From NCBI GenBank assembly GCA_944393695.1, contig CALYAY010000007.1:14266-78265 (forward strand): a stretch of DNA of 64,000 nt, read 5' to 3'. Within the stretch, counting starts at the first letter, position 1; each line of letters begins with the position of its first letter. The notes beneath the pieces were generated by a model. It was not told the origin of the DNA, searched no databases, and worked only from the letters and a program-made list of their open reading frames with translations. Both the position numbers and the translations under genes were made by a program. This stretch comes from an uncultured Alphaproteobacteria bacterium. Its GTDB lineage: Bacteria; Pseudomonadota; Alphaproteobacteria; RF32; CAG-239. Below are positions 20,772 through 30,959 of this stretch, one piece after another.

Positions 20772-21566
20772 TTATTCGGCAGTCAGAATATTGCGGCGGC
20801 CTTTTAATGATTCTTCAATAAAAGCAATCTGCTCAAGAACCATATCATTGCCGGCAAATTTTTCTTTGGCTTTTTGAACCCTTACTTCAAAAGTGTCTTC
20901 TTTGCCTTTGAAAATGTACATATAAGCGCGGGTTGCCGCTTTGATGGTATGTTCATCGCAGCCGCTTCTTCTCAGTCCGACAAGGTTCAGGCCACGGAGC
21001 TTGCCTCTGTCGCCGGTGACAATGGCAAACGGAATAACATCGCGGCCGATGCCGGTCAGACCGCCGATCATGGCCTTGCGACCGATGTGACAGAACTGGT
21101 GAACAGCACTGTTGCCGCCAAGGATTACACCGTCGGCCAGGTGAACGTGACCGCCGATAACCGCGTTGTTGGTCATGATAACGTTATTACCGACGATGCA
21201 ATCATGAGCCACGTGGGAATTGACCATAAACATGCCGTCATCGCCGACAACGGTGGTGAAATGTTCTTTCGGGGTTCCGGCATGCATGGTGACGTTTTCA
21301 CGAATGACATTGCGCTTGCCGATGATTAACTTTGCCTCGGGCTGAAATTCATTGCCATGATCCTGAGGGCCGCCACCCAGACAAGCCCCCGGAAAGACAA
21401 CCGTTCCTTCGCCGATGGTCGTGTTGCCCAAAACACTGACGCGGGCAATGAGGCGGACATTTTCTCCGATTTTTGCCTGAGAGCTGATGTAGCAAAAAGG
21501 GCCGATTTCCGCCGAAGCGGCAATTTGTGCACCGTCTTCGACAACAGCGGTAGAATGAACAGACAT
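20772..21566 (-). CDS. lpxA: UDP-N-acetylglucosamine acyltransferase
   Basis: Hexapeptide repeats; PQD, IRENVT, HVAHDC, GHV, VHQF and GLNLVGLRR motifs. Confidence 0.96.
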   Translation of the reverse strand: MSVHSTAVVEDGAQIAASAEIGPFCYISSQAKIGENVRLIARVSVLGNTTIGEGTVVFPGACLGGGPQDHGNEFQPEAKLIIGKRNVIRENVTMHAGTPKEHFTTVVGDDGMFMVNSHVAHDCIVGNNVIMTNNAVIGGHVHLADGVILGGNSAVHQFCHIGRKAMIGGLTGIGRDVIPFAIVTGDRGKLRGLNLVGLRRSGCDEHTIKAATRAYMYIFKGKEDTFEVRVQKAKEKFAGNDMVLEQIAFIEESLKGRRNILTAE

Positions 21567-21802
21567 TTTATAATCCTTTCCAAATAAATATTATAACCTA
21601 ACGTTAAGCACAGCTAAGTGATTTTTTAACAGATAGTTTTAAGCGAGTAAACACACAAATATTTTCATTTTGTTACAGGCAAAATATTACTTCACAAATT
21701 GAATTTATTTTGTTAAATTACGGTGTTTTCGAAAGAAAATGTTCTGCGGCAAAGGGGCTGCGGAAGTTTAATTGCGATATTAAGAAATAAAGGAATAAAT
21801 CA

Positions 21803-23320
21803 ATGGGATTAAAAAATACAAGAGCGGGAAATTATCCCGAATGGTATCAAAACGTTATCAGCGAAGCCGATATGGCCGAAAATTCGTCGTCTCCGGGATG
21901 TATGGTGATTAAACCGTGGGGGTACGGTATGTGGGAGCGCATCCGCGACGTCTTTGACGAGAAAATTAAAGAAACAGATCATGAAAACTGCTATTTTCCG
22001 TTGTTTATTCCGTTGTCTTTCTTTCAGAAAGAGGCTGAACATGTTGACGGGTTTGCCAAGGAAATGGCCGTGGTCACTCATTCGCGTCTGGCGATGAAAG
22101 ACGGCAAGCTTGCGCCCGAGGGTAAGTTGGAAGAGCCTCTCATCGTCCGGCCGACATCAGAGGCAATTATTGCCGACTCGTTTTCAAAATGGGTTAAATC
22201 ATACCGTGATTTGCCGGTTTTGGTTAACCAATGGGCCAACGTCGTTCGCTGGGAAATGAGACCAAGACTGTTTTTGCGTACACGTGAATTTTTGTGGCAG
22301 GAAGGGCATACGGCTCATGCTTCCGCACAGGAGGCCGAAGAAGAAACCAAGAGAATGCTCGAAGCTTACCGCGATTTATGTGAAAACACACTGGCCATGC
22401 CGGTTTTGGCCGGAAAAAAACCGGAGCATGAGAAATTTCCGGGGGCTATTGACACCTATTGCGTTGAAGCCATGATGCAGGACGGAAAGGCCCTGCAAGC
22501 CGGAACATCACATTTTCTGGGGCAGAATTTTGCCAAGTCGGCCAATATTACTTTTGTAAACAAAAACAATGAGTCAGAATATGCCTATACGACCTCATGG
22601 GGCGTTTCCACCCGCTTAATCGGCGGTGTGATTATGACCCATGCCGATGACGAGGGAATGGTTGTTCCTCCCAAGATTGCACCTTATCAGGTGGTGTTTG
22701 TTCCGGTTATCAAAAAGCCGGAGGATGCCGAGGCTATTATGAACTATATTACAAAAACTGCCGCAGAGCTGAAAGGCAAGCTTCCTTTTGGTGAAAAAAT
22801 CCGTGTCAAAATTGACAAGAGAGACAAAACTTCGGTCGACAAGTTTTGGGAATGGACCCGCAAAGGAGCGCCGGTTATCTGCGAAGTGGGCATGCGTGAC
22901 GTGGAAGGCGGTAAGATTATGGTCAGAGAACGCCTGAAACTCGGCACTCCGGAAGGAAAAGAAATTATTGCGTCCGGAGATTTTGCCGCAACCATTGAAA
23001 GCCGGTTGGAAAATATTCAGAAAGCCATGTTTGACAAAGCTCAAAACAGACTTGAGCAAAATATTCGCAGTGATATTAAAACGCCGGAGGAATTTAAGAA
23101 ATATTTTGAGCAGTCAAATACATGGATTGAAGACGGGAAACAGGGAAAAGTGGCTTTTGTCCGCGGCAAATGGAGCGGTGATGCCAACAGCGAGGAACTT
23201 CTCAAGGCCATGAAAATCACTATTCGCTGTATTCCTTTTGATCAGAGCGGCAGCGAAGGCGTTTGTCTGTTGACCGGAAAACCGGCCACAACGGATGTTA
23301 TTTATGCCAGAAGTTATTAA
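21803..23320 (+). CDS. proS: proline--tRNA ligase (archaeal/eukaryote-like type)
   Basis: KEAEHVDGFAKE, VRPTSE, QWANVVRWE, FLRTREFLWQEGHT, GTSHFLGQNF; C-terminal ARSY. Confidence 0.97.
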   Translation: MGLKNTRAGNYPEWYQNVISEADMAENSSSPGCMVIKPWGYGMWERIRDVFDEKIKETDHENCYFPLFIPLSFFQKEAEHVDGFAKEMAVVTHSRLAMKDGKLAPEGKLEEPLIVRPTSEAIIADSFSKWVKSYRDLPVLVNQWANVVRWEMRPRLFLRTREFLWQEGHTAHASAQEAEEETKRMLEAYRDLCENTLAMPVLAGKKPEHEKFPGAIDTYCVEAMMQDGKALQAGTSHFLGQNFAKSANITFVNKNNESEYAYTTSWGVSTRLIGGVIMTHADDEGMVVPPKIAPYQVVFVPVIKKPEDAEAIMNYITKTAAELKGKLPFGEKIRVKIDKRDKTSVDKFWEWTRKGAPVICEVGMRDVEGGKIMVRERLKLGTPEGKEIIASGDFAATIESRLENIQKAMFDKAQNRLEQNIRSDIKTPEEFKKYFEQSNTWIEDGKQGKVAFVRGKWSGDANSEELLKAMKITIRCIPFDQSGSEGVCLLTGKPATTDVIYARSY

Positions 23321-23334
23321 GGCTTTTCACTCCG

Positions 23335-23372
23335 AAAAAAAACGGCACCTATTTATAAGGTGTCGTTTTTTT
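23335..23372. terminator. bidirectional terminator between proS and tig
   Basis: A-run, CGGCACCT-loop-AGGTGTCG, T-run between convergent genes. Confidence 0.8.
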
Positions 23373-23400
23373 GGATCTTAATCAGAGAAAAGTTTTCAAA

Positions 23401-24831
23401 TTAAGCAGATTTTTTAGCTGCCTTTTTGGTTGTTTTCTTTTCTTCTTTTTCCGTTTCTTTGGCTTCTTCCGCCTTGGCAGATTTTTTGGCTGTTTTCTTG
23501 GCCGGTTTGACATCGTCATCAAAGGTATACAATTCTTCTACCGAGATGATTTTATCGGCAACTTTGGCTTTTGAAATAATATAATCAATGATTTTTTCTT
23601 CAAAAACCGGGGCCTTCAGGGCTTCAACGGCGTTTTTGTTTTTCAGGTAATAATCAAAAACGGCTTTTTCCTGTCCGGGATATTTCCGGGCTTCATTCAT
23701 AATGGCCTTGTTAATGTCATCCGGTTCAATATTAACTTTGGCTTCCTTGCCGATTTCGGACAAAACCAGGCCGAGTTTTACGCGGCGGACGGCAATATCC
23801 TTGTATTCGGAAAAGAGTTCGTCTTCGGATTTGCTCTTTTCGCTTTCGTCAAGCTGATTATACTTTTTGGCCTGTTCATATTGAGCCATAATACCTTTGT
23901 ATTCGGCATCGACCAGGCTTTGCGGAACTTCAAAATTGTATTCCTTGTCCAAAGCATCAAGCAGCTGACGTTTCAACTTCATGCGGGAAGCGGCTTCGTA
24001 ATCGTTTTTGATGCGGGCAGAGATTTTTTCTTTCAAATCATCAAGGCTTTTTTCGCCCAGAGATTTGGCAAAATCATCGTCAATCTTAACATCTTTGGTT
24101 TCACGGAGTTCCTTGATTTCAACCGCAAAAACAGAATCTTTGCCGGCTAAGTCCTTGGCATGATAATTTTCAGGGAATTTGACTTTGACATCAACCTTTT
24201 CTCCTGCTTTTTTGCCGATCAGCTGGTCTTCAAAACCGGGGATAAAGGCTCCGGAACCGAGTTCCAGAGGATAGTTATTGCCTTTGCCGCCCTTAAATTC
24301 AACTCCGTCAACCGAACCGATGAAGTCGATAACAACGGTGTCACCTTTGACCGAGGCGCGGTCAGCCTCGACCTTTTGGGTTTCACGGCGGGATTTGGCC
24401 AGATAACCGAGCGCTTTTTCAACTTCTTCAGCCGGAACCTCTGCCATCTGTTTTTCAAGAGACAGGGCAGAAACATCGTTTAACTTGATTTCGGGCAGAA
24501 CTTCAACATTCATTTCAAACTCAATATCTTTGCCCTCGCCAAAAGAAGTTACTTTAATTCCGGGCAAGACTGCCGGACGAAGCTTCTTCTCGCTGATGAC
24601 ATTTTCGGAAGCGGCATTAACCATTTCTTCCAAAACATCACTCATCAGGGAGGCATTGTATTTCTGCTTTAACATGGACTTCGGCGCTTTGCCCGGACGG
24701 AAACCGGGAAGTTTGATGTTTTTGGAAATGCTGGTCAGTTTTTCATCCAGCTTTTTGGCGACATCCTGCGCTGGGATGGATACTTTGTATTCTTTTTTCA
24801 AACCTTCAGATTTTAACTCGGTAATATTCAT
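23401..24831 (-). CDS. tig: trigger factor
   Basis: GFRPGKAP ribosome-binding signature, FKBP domain (FIPGFEDQLIG), Lys/Ala-rich tail. Confidence 0.97.
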   Translation of the reverse strand: MNITELKSEGLKKEYKVSIPAQDVAKKLDEKLTSISKNIKLPGFRPGKAPKSMLKQKYNASLMSDVLEEMVNAASENVISEKKLRPAVLPGIKVTSFGEGKDIEFEMNVEVLPEIKLNDVSALSLEKQMAEVPAEEVEKALGYLAKSRRETQKVEADRASVKGDTVVIDFIGSVDGVEFKGGKGNNYPLELGSGAFIPGFEDQLIGKKAGEKVDVKVKFPENYHAKDLAGKDSVFAVEIKELRETKDVKIDDDFAKSLGEKSLDDLKEKISARIKNDYEAASRMKLKRQLLDALDKEYNFEVPQSLVDAEYKGIMAQYEQAKKYNQLDESEKSKSEDELFSEYKDIAVRRVKLGLVLSEIGKEAKVNIEPDDINKAIMNEARKYPGQEKAVFDYYLKNKNAVEALKAPVFEEKIIDYIISKAKVADKIISVEELYTFDDDVKPAKKTAKKSAKAEEAKETEKEEKKTTKKAAKKSA

Positions 24832-24882
24832 GATCTTCTCTTTAATTTAAGTTATACAACATTCCGCTTTGGTCAGCAGAAA

Positions 24883-24967
24883 TGGTGCAGACGGAGAGAC
24901 TCGAACTCTCACAGCTCACGCCACCAGATCCTAAGTCTGGCGTGTCTACCAGTTCCACCACGTCTGC
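24883..24967 (-). tRNA. tRNA-Leu(TAG)
   Basis: GCAGACG...CCAGA-CTTAGGA-TCTGG...GTTCGAGT...CGTCTGCACCA; 85 nt with long variable arm and encoded CCA. Confidence 0.96.
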
Positions 24968-25115
24968 GGTATTGGTTAATATTGTCTGAATACTACATAA
25001 TTTTTTATTTAAATCAAGTAAAATTAACAGGGCAATTAAAATTATTGTATTATAAAAGCAGATTTATTAATATGTGATAAAAATGTGTTGTTTTGTTATC
25101 GGGAAGGAGAATCTC

Positions 25116-26372
25116 GTGTCGATAAGCAATCTGATTAAACCGGCAATCTGCGCGGCAACCGGCGCCCTGATGATGTGTGCCTGCACCGTCAGCAGTGAAG
25201 ACAAAGAAATTCCAAATCACAGCTGGTTTAAGGGCCAGGCCTACGGAACGGAAGGCGCCGGTGATGCCGAGCAGGCTACCCTGGCTTATTCCCAGGGACG
25301 GTTTAATGATGCCGAAAATTATGTTATTCAGGCTTTAAGGCTTAATCCCCGGCAGCCGCAGGCTTTGATGGTGGGCGCACTGGTTTATGAAAAACTCGGG
25401 CGGTTGAACCGTGCCCGCCAGTATTATGAAGACCTGATTATCGTCGGCGGAGAAGAAACCACCATTCTCGGAACCAAAGACGGAACTCCGGAAAGGATGT
25501 CGGAAGTGGCCCGGCGTAGGCTTCGCCGTCTGAATATGCAGCAAAGCGAATTTATGATTGAAGACAAAGACGGCGTTATGACCTTTAACATCTCTAAAGA
25601 AGCGGCCGGGCGTCAGGGAAAATCAGCCATGGAAGAAGCCCTGTTTGTCAGGGAACAGGAGATGATTGCCAATAATCAGGCCGATGCCGAGGCAAACATC
25701 AAAGCAGTTGAGCTTTTGTTTTCCGATGATGAGAAAAATGTTATCTCCCGCTTTCTGATTATGAAAGAACTGGCCGAAAAAGACATGATTACCAAACAGG
25801 AATTTCTGGCTGGGCGCCAGGCAAACATCGGCGGGCTGCTACCTTTGACCCACCGGCCGCCGGCTTACGGCATTAATCATCCGGTTCCCTCCCCTGATTT
25901 GATTTTGGAAAGAATCAACTCGCTGAAAGAGGCTGTTGAAGCCCGGGCAATTTCTCCGCAGGAGTTTTCGGCCGAACGGGATTTGATTGTCGAGGCTATT
26001 CTGCCGCCAAACCCCAGACAGCGCATCAGGCCCAAAGCTCCGGCAAAGGATATTATGACGGCGGCAAAAGATTTGCGCAAGCTGGAAGTCATATATGACA
26101 TGAACCTGATTACGGCAGACGAAAAGCAAAAGGAAAAAGCCGCCATTGAAAAATATCTGGGCATAAACCGCACCCCGCCGGCCAAGAAAACAGCTCCGGC
26201 GCCGGCAAAGAAAACCCGGCCGGCTTCCAAGCCTCAACCGGAAGAAATAAAGGTTGAATTAGAAACGCCCAAAGAAGAGCCCAAGCTTCTGACGCCACCG
26301 GTTTCTTCATCAACAGTCAAGACCGAAGAATTGCAGGTTTTGGTGCCGGAAGTGACCAGTCCTTTTAAATAA
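25116..26372 (+). CDS. TPR-containing putative lipoprotein
   Basis: GTG 25116 follows AAGGAG; lipobox-like MMCAC; TPR helices; three short ..IT/IS..E[FK]... helical (SHOCT-like) units; Pro/Lys-rich tail. Confidence 0.75.
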   Translation: MSISNLIKPAICAATGALMMCACTVSSEDKEIPNHSWFKGQAYGTEGAGDAEQATLAYSQGRFNDAENYVIQALRLNPRQPQALMVGALVYEKLGRLNRARQYYEDLIIVGGEETTILGTKDGTPERMSEVARRRLRRLNMQQSEFMIEDKDGVMTFNISKEAAGRQGKSAMEEALFVREQEMIANNQADAEANIKAVELLFSDDEKNVISRFLIMKELAEKDMITKQEFLAGRQANIGGLLPLTHRPPAYGINHPVPSPDLILERINSLKEAVEARAISPQEFSAERDLIVEAILPPNPRQRIRPKAPAKDIMTAAKDLRKLEVIYDMNLITADEKQKEKAAIEKYLGINRTPPAKKTAPAPAKKTRPASKPQPEEIKVELETPKEEPKLLTPPVSSSTVKTEELQVLVPEVTSPFK

Positions 26373-26502
26373 GATGCCGACAATTGACGAGAGACCGCCT
26401 GCCGCGGTCTTTTGTTTTTGGATATTTTACTTGCAAATAAGGCCTTTTTAGTATAAAAGAGGCTTAAATTTTTGAATATTTTAGTATAAACGAGTAAATT
26501 AA

Positions 26503-28092
26503 ATGCCCGAAAATAAAGTAAATCCGCGCAAATGTTTTGCCATTATTTCCCACCCGGACGCCGGTAAAACAACCCTGACCGAAAAGCTGCTGCTATTCGG
26601 CGGAGCCATTCAACAGGCCGGAGCGGTTAAAGCCCGGGGAGAAGCACGGCATGCCCGTTCCGACTGGATGAAGGTGGAACAGGAACGAGGGATTTCGGTT
26701 GCCTCATCGGTGATGAATTTTGAATACAACGGCATTACCTTTAACCTGCTGGACACTCCGGGGCACGAAGATTTTTCAGAAGATACTTACCGGGTGCTCA
26801 CTGCCGTTGACTCTGCCGTGATGGTTCTGGACTCGGCCAAGGGTATCGAAAGCCAGACCAAAAAGTTGTTTGAGGTTTGCAGGCTAAGGAATGTGCCGAT
26901 TTTGACTTTTATCAATAAACTTGACCGGGAGGGACTTGATCCGTTTACCCTGCTTGATGACATCGAAAAGACTCTGGCACTGGATGTGACCCCGGCAAGC
27001 TGGCCTATCGGCATGGGCAAAGATTTTCTGGGATGTTATGATTTGCTGAAAGACCGGCTTATCCTGATGAACAAAACCGGCGACAAGTCGCAGATTAACT
27101 CAACAATTGAAACCTGTGAGGGATTGGATGACCCCAAACTTGACAAGCTGCTGCCTGATTATGCGGTTAGTAAGCTGAGAGAAGACGTGATGATGGTGCG
27201 TGAGCTGTGCCCGGCTTTTGATTTGGATTTATATCTGGCCGGAGCGCTGACGCCGGTCTTTTTCGGCAGTGCTATCAATAATTTTGGTGTCAGGGAAATT
27301 TTGGAGGGTTTGCATGAGATTGCCCCCCTGCCCCGCCCGCATCCGGCAGCAGAACGTACGGTTAATCCCGATGAAAACAAAGTGACCGGATTTATCTTTA
27401 AAATTCAGGCCAATATGGATCCCAAACATCGTGACCGCATCGCTTTTATGCGTATTTGTTCCGGACATTTCAAACGCGGTATGACATTGCAGCAAATCCG
27501 AACCGGAAAAGGCATTAAAATTCCGACACCGGTGATGTTCATGGCTCAGGACAGAGAGCTGGCCGAAGATGCTTATGCCGGCGATATTATCGGTATTCCC
27601 AACCACGGGCAACTGCGTATCGGCGATACGCTGACCGAAGGTGAAAAACTCAAATTTACGGGAATTCCAAGTTTTGCCCCGGAACTGCTGAAAAGCGTCC
27701 GGGCAGTTGATCCCTTAAAATCAAAGCATTTGAGCAATGCCCTGCTGCAAATTGCCGAAGAAGGCGGAGCCTCCGTCTTTAAGCCGGTGAGCGGAGGAGA
27801 ATGGATTGTGGGCGTGGTTGGGGCCTTGCAATTTGAGGTTATGGCCGACCGTATCAAAAACGAGTTTAATATTCCGGTTTTGTTTGAACCAACGCAATAT
27901 TATACCGCCCGCTGGGTAGAATCCGAAGACAAGGGGGCTTTGGAAAAATTTATCAATGCCAACCAAATCTGTCTGGCCGAAGATTATGACAAGGCTCCGG
28001 TTTTTCTGGCGCGCAATGCCTGGCATTTGAACAAGGCTCAGGAAGATTTTCCCAAAATTAAGTTTTTGAAAACCAAGGAAACTTTTAAGTAG
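26503..28092 (+). CDS. prfC: peptide chain release factor 3
   Basis: FAIISHPDAGKTTLTEKLLL, SDWM..EQERGIS, DTPGHEDFSEDTYR and KIQANMDPKHRDR. Confidence 0.98.
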   Translation: MPENKVNPRKCFAIISHPDAGKTTLTEKLLLFGGAIQQAGAVKARGEARHARSDWMKVEQERGISVASSVMNFEYNGITFNLLDTPGHEDFSEDTYRVLTAVDSAVMVLDSAKGIESQTKKLFEVCRLRNVPILTFINKLDREGLDPFTLLDDIEKTLALDVTPASWPIGMGKDFLGCYDLLKDRLILMNKTGDKSQINSTIETCEGLDDPKLDKLLPDYAVSKLREDVMMVRELCPAFDLDLYLAGALTPVFFGSAINNFGVREILEGLHEIAPLPRPHPAAERTVNPDENKVTGFIFKIQANMDPKHRDRIAFMRICSGHFKRGMTLQQIRTGKGIKIPTPVMFMAQDRELAEDAYAGDIIGIPNHGQLRIGDTLTEGEKLKFTGIPSFAPELLKSVRAVDPLKSKHLSNALLQIAEEGGASVFKPVSGGEWIVGVVGALQFEVMADRIKNEFNIPVLFEPTQYYTARWVESEDKGALEKFINANQICLAEDYDKAPVFLARNAWHLNKAQEDFPKIKFLKTKETFK

Positions 28093-28127
28093 AAAAAAAC
28101 TCCGTCCGTTTGGGCGGAGTTTTTTTT
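28093..28127. terminator. bidirectional terminator prfC / P3
   Basis: A7-CTCCGTCC-loop-GGGCGGAG-T8. Confidence 0.82.
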
Positions 28128-28151
28128 GGTGCGCGGGTCACGAGGCCGGGA

Positions 28152-30503
28152 TTAGAATTCGAGGACAGGGCGAATGTCATGCCACTCAGACTTGTCTTGA
28201 TACCATAATCCGTAGCTGTAACTAAAACGCAAAAACCATACGGTATAGCTATCATATTCAGAAGATGACCAGATGTTGTCATTTACATAGAGCTGCTCAC
28301 CGTTTGCCAACACGATCCCGGCATTAATCGTTGAAAAATTGTTTTTTATGCTGTTAAATATACCGGCTGCCGGCAGGCACCAATCCCCGACGTTGGTTCC
28401 TTCGGTTGTATACACATATGATTCCCAGGCCGCCGGACAAGAACCGTTTGTTCCGTCCGCGGTTATTACGGCGGTATTTTCACAACTGGCAAAATCTTGG
28501 GCGGCGTCTGATGCTAATGAATAGTTGGACAGACTGGAAATGTCTGTACCATATCCGTTGCTATCCCATTCATTGGTACCTATTGGTTTCAGCGCCATGG
28601 CCTGAGCACAGTTGCCGTCTGAACTTTTATAAACCACCACCGCAATCGGGGGCTTGCCGGAAACGACAGAGGAAGCACAAGTTCCGTCGCTGTAGACAAT
28701 ATCGCCGATATTGCAGTTTTTAGCATAACCGTTACACTTGCCCCATTCGGCTCTTTCCGCTTTTTTACAGGTGTTGGTATCATAGTCGTAAGAATATCCT
28801 TCCTGACAGAACGGAATGACAGGACGAATTCTATTTACAGATTTTTTGCTGGTAGTAGCTAATCCACAGTGATTGTCCATTCCATAGCCGGAATGATAAT
28901 AAGCTTTATAACTTCCTTTGAGCCATACAGAAGACTGATGGGAACCTTCAGTTGATGATATGATGGCTTCTCTTAACAACTCCTGACCTTTTATTAATTT
29001 ATATCCCGAATCAATTTCGCTTGATTTGTAGAAAAATGAAGCCAATACACCGGCAGCAGGCAGACACCAATCGCCAGGTTCTGTTCCTTCTGTTTTATAT
29101 TCATAAGCAGCCCATGCTGCAGGAAATTTGTCTTTATCACCTAAAGCCATAAGATCTTTTGTGTGTTTGCAACTGTCAAGATCTTCAGATGCCAATACAT
29201 CTGAACGTCTGTCACTTGCATAATGGGTTGTTCCATCCCCCCAATTTGATATTGAAATTTGCTCCAAAGCTATGGCTTCTCCGCTGCCATCAGCATAAGA
29301 ACATATAACGACTCCTATGGGAGTTTTGCCTTCAATCAAATTTTTGGAACGAGCCATGTCGCTGTATAAAATATAGCCGTGTTCGTTTCCTTTCATGCAA
29401 TCATTTATATTACAAGAAGCTTGTCTGCAGACACTTCCGTCCCAACCATAATCCCAGTCGTCGCACTCACAGCTTTGATATAATCCATTGCAGGCTTCAC
29501 TGGAGCCGCTGGTTTCATGGCTTCCGGTACAGGTATATTTATAATCTTCCGAACATTGGGCTGTACAAGTTTTGGTGCTTTCATTCCAGTCGTAGCCGGG
29601 TTGACATCCGGTTTTATAATAAAGACCGGAACAGTCTTCATAGGTGCAGGTGAAGGGTGCGGGACAGCTGGTGAGGCTGCCGAGATTGGGGCAAGCCTTA
29701 CAGTTGTCATACATGGTGGTTGTTCCCGACAGGCAGGTCTTTGCCCCGGCTTCTCCGCCCATAGAACCGCAGTCCATATATCCGTCACAGGGATTGGGTT
29801 TGATTTTATACTTGGTTTTACCGTCGCAATCCAGACAAGCCTCACCGTCCTGGACATAGCCCTCGGGAATGGTGGTATAATCATATCCCGCACCGCAGGG
29901 CGTGCATTCACAGGAGGCATATTTCCCGTTGCAGGCCTCTCCCACGCCGTGATACGGCTCCTCGCAAGTGACGTAATCACTCGGACAAGAAGAGACACAT
30001 TTTTCAAAATAAGTTCTGTCGTAAGGGCAATAATTATACGGTTCATAACCTTCCGGACAGGATGTCAGGGTATAACCTTCTTCTATGCAGCGTTTGTCAT
30101 TATCCAACTCATAATCATCTCCCGATCCTCCCGGCGGCACCCCGCCGTCATCCTCATCGGCGTTGTTACCGCTAAACTCATTCCCCGAACAGTTGGTTGT
30201 GTCGGTCACAAAGCAGGCCGCCGCGAGTTTTATTTTATCTTTTCCACCTCGCCCTTGAGGGGAGAGGTCGGAGCGCAAGCTCCGGGTGAGGGTGACAAAC
30301 AAATCATCCTTATCAAAATCTTCGAGTGAAGACAAATGAGCGGCCGTGAGGTGTGAAGTGTGTGTAGAAACATGTGATTTAAGCATGGCCGCACTTAACA
30401 CCGGAGGCGTATCATCAGGATTAAAACCGGCATAACACAAATCAGCCCCGGCAATAAAGGACATGCAGGAAACCGACAACATGAGTATAGTTTTGTTCAT
30501 CAT
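28152..30503 (-). CDS. Cys-rich secreted protein family, paralog P3, with two tandem DUF1566/C-type-lectin-like domains
   Basis: ORF 28152-30539; start moved to ATG 30503. Same leader; two copies of YSD..K.PI.VV..PAAW..Y.TEGT..GDWCLPAAG..SS.E..W..K..IRPV. Confidence 0.9.
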   Translation of the reverse strand: MMNKTILMLSVSCMSFIAGADLCYAGFNPDDTPPVLSAAMLKSHVSTHTSHLTAAHLSSLEDFDKDDLFVTLTRSLRSDLSPQGRGGKDKIKLAAACFVTDTTNCSGNEFSGNNADEDDGGVPPGGSGDDYELDNDKRCIEEGYTLTSCPEGYEPYNYCPYDRTYFEKCVSSCPSDYVTCEEPYHGVGEACNGKYASCECTPCGAGYDYTTIPEGYVQDGEACLDCDGKTKYKIKPNPCDGYMDCGSMGGEAGAKTCLSGTTTMYDNCKACPNLGSLTSCPAPFTCTYEDCSGLYYKTGCQPGYDWNESTKTCTAQCSEDYKYTCTGSHETSGSSEACNGLYQSCECDDWDYGWDGSVCRQASCNINDCMKGNEHGYILYSDMARSKNLIEGKTPIGVVICSYADGSGEAIALEQISISNWGDGTTHYASDRRSDVLASEDLDSCKHTKDLMALGDKDKFPAAWAAYEYKTEGTEPGDWCLPAAGVLASFFYKSSEIDSGYKLIKGQELLREAIISSTEGSHQSSVWLKGSYKAYYHSGYGMDNHCGLATTSKKSVNRIRPVIPFCQEGYSYDYDTNTCKKAERAEWGKCNGYAKNCNIGDIVYSDGTCASSVVSGKPPIAVVVYKSSDGNCAQAMALKPIGTNEWDSNGYGTDISSLSNYSLASDAAQDFASCENTAVITADGTNGSCPAAWESYVYTTEGTNVGDWCLPAAGIFNSIKNNFSTINAGIVLANGEQLYVNDNIWSSSEYDSYTVWFLRFSYSYGLWYQDKSEWHDIRPVLEF

Positions 30504-30546
30504 AATAGCACCTCTGTTATTAATTACATTTGTCTTCACGAATCTA

Positions 30547-30575
30547 ATGATAACAGAAATTGAAATTGTTGTAAA
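30547..30575 (-). promoter_or_regulatory. sigma70-type promoter of P3 (TTTACA-17-TATCAT)
   Basis: Conserved among the five paralogs. Confidence 0.75.
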
Positions 30576-30612
30576 TAGATAATTTGGCTATATGACGGAA
30601 AATCGGACGAGG

Positions 30613-30905
30613 AGAAGGTAAGGCTAAATTTGCTCTCCCCGGCCCTCTCATCTATGAGAGGGTGACAAATTTGAAGATCCCTTGACGTTCAGGCTGGCGC
30701 TGAACGAGGGATGACATTGTTAATTTGTTTGAATGTGAAACCCTCCCCAACCCCTCCCTAAGTCTTTAGGGAGGGGATAAGTGTGGGGCTAAGTCTTTAG
30801 GGAGGGGATAAGTGTGGGGCTAAGTTTTTAGGGAGGGGGAATATGGAACTAAGGCTTTAGGGGAGGAAATATGGGGGGTAGAGAGTTCAGAGGGATGACA
30901 TTGCC
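30613..30905. repeat. Cluster C of palindromic elements with a 31-bp tandem repeat
   Basis: Shares a 93-bp block with cluster B. CTAAGTCTTTAGGGAGGGGATAAGTGTGGGG at 30758 and 30789, plus two degenerate copies. Confidence 0.9.
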
Positions 30906-30912
30906 ATTAAAG

Positions 30913-30942
30913 AAAAGCCCGCGGGAGGAAATACGCGGGCTT
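30913..30942 (-). terminator. intrinsic terminator
   Basis: AAAGCCCGCG-loop-CGCGGGCTTT about 20 bp past the stop of the 30960 gene. Confidence 0.7.
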
Positions 30943-30959
30943 TGTTTTACCGATGACTG

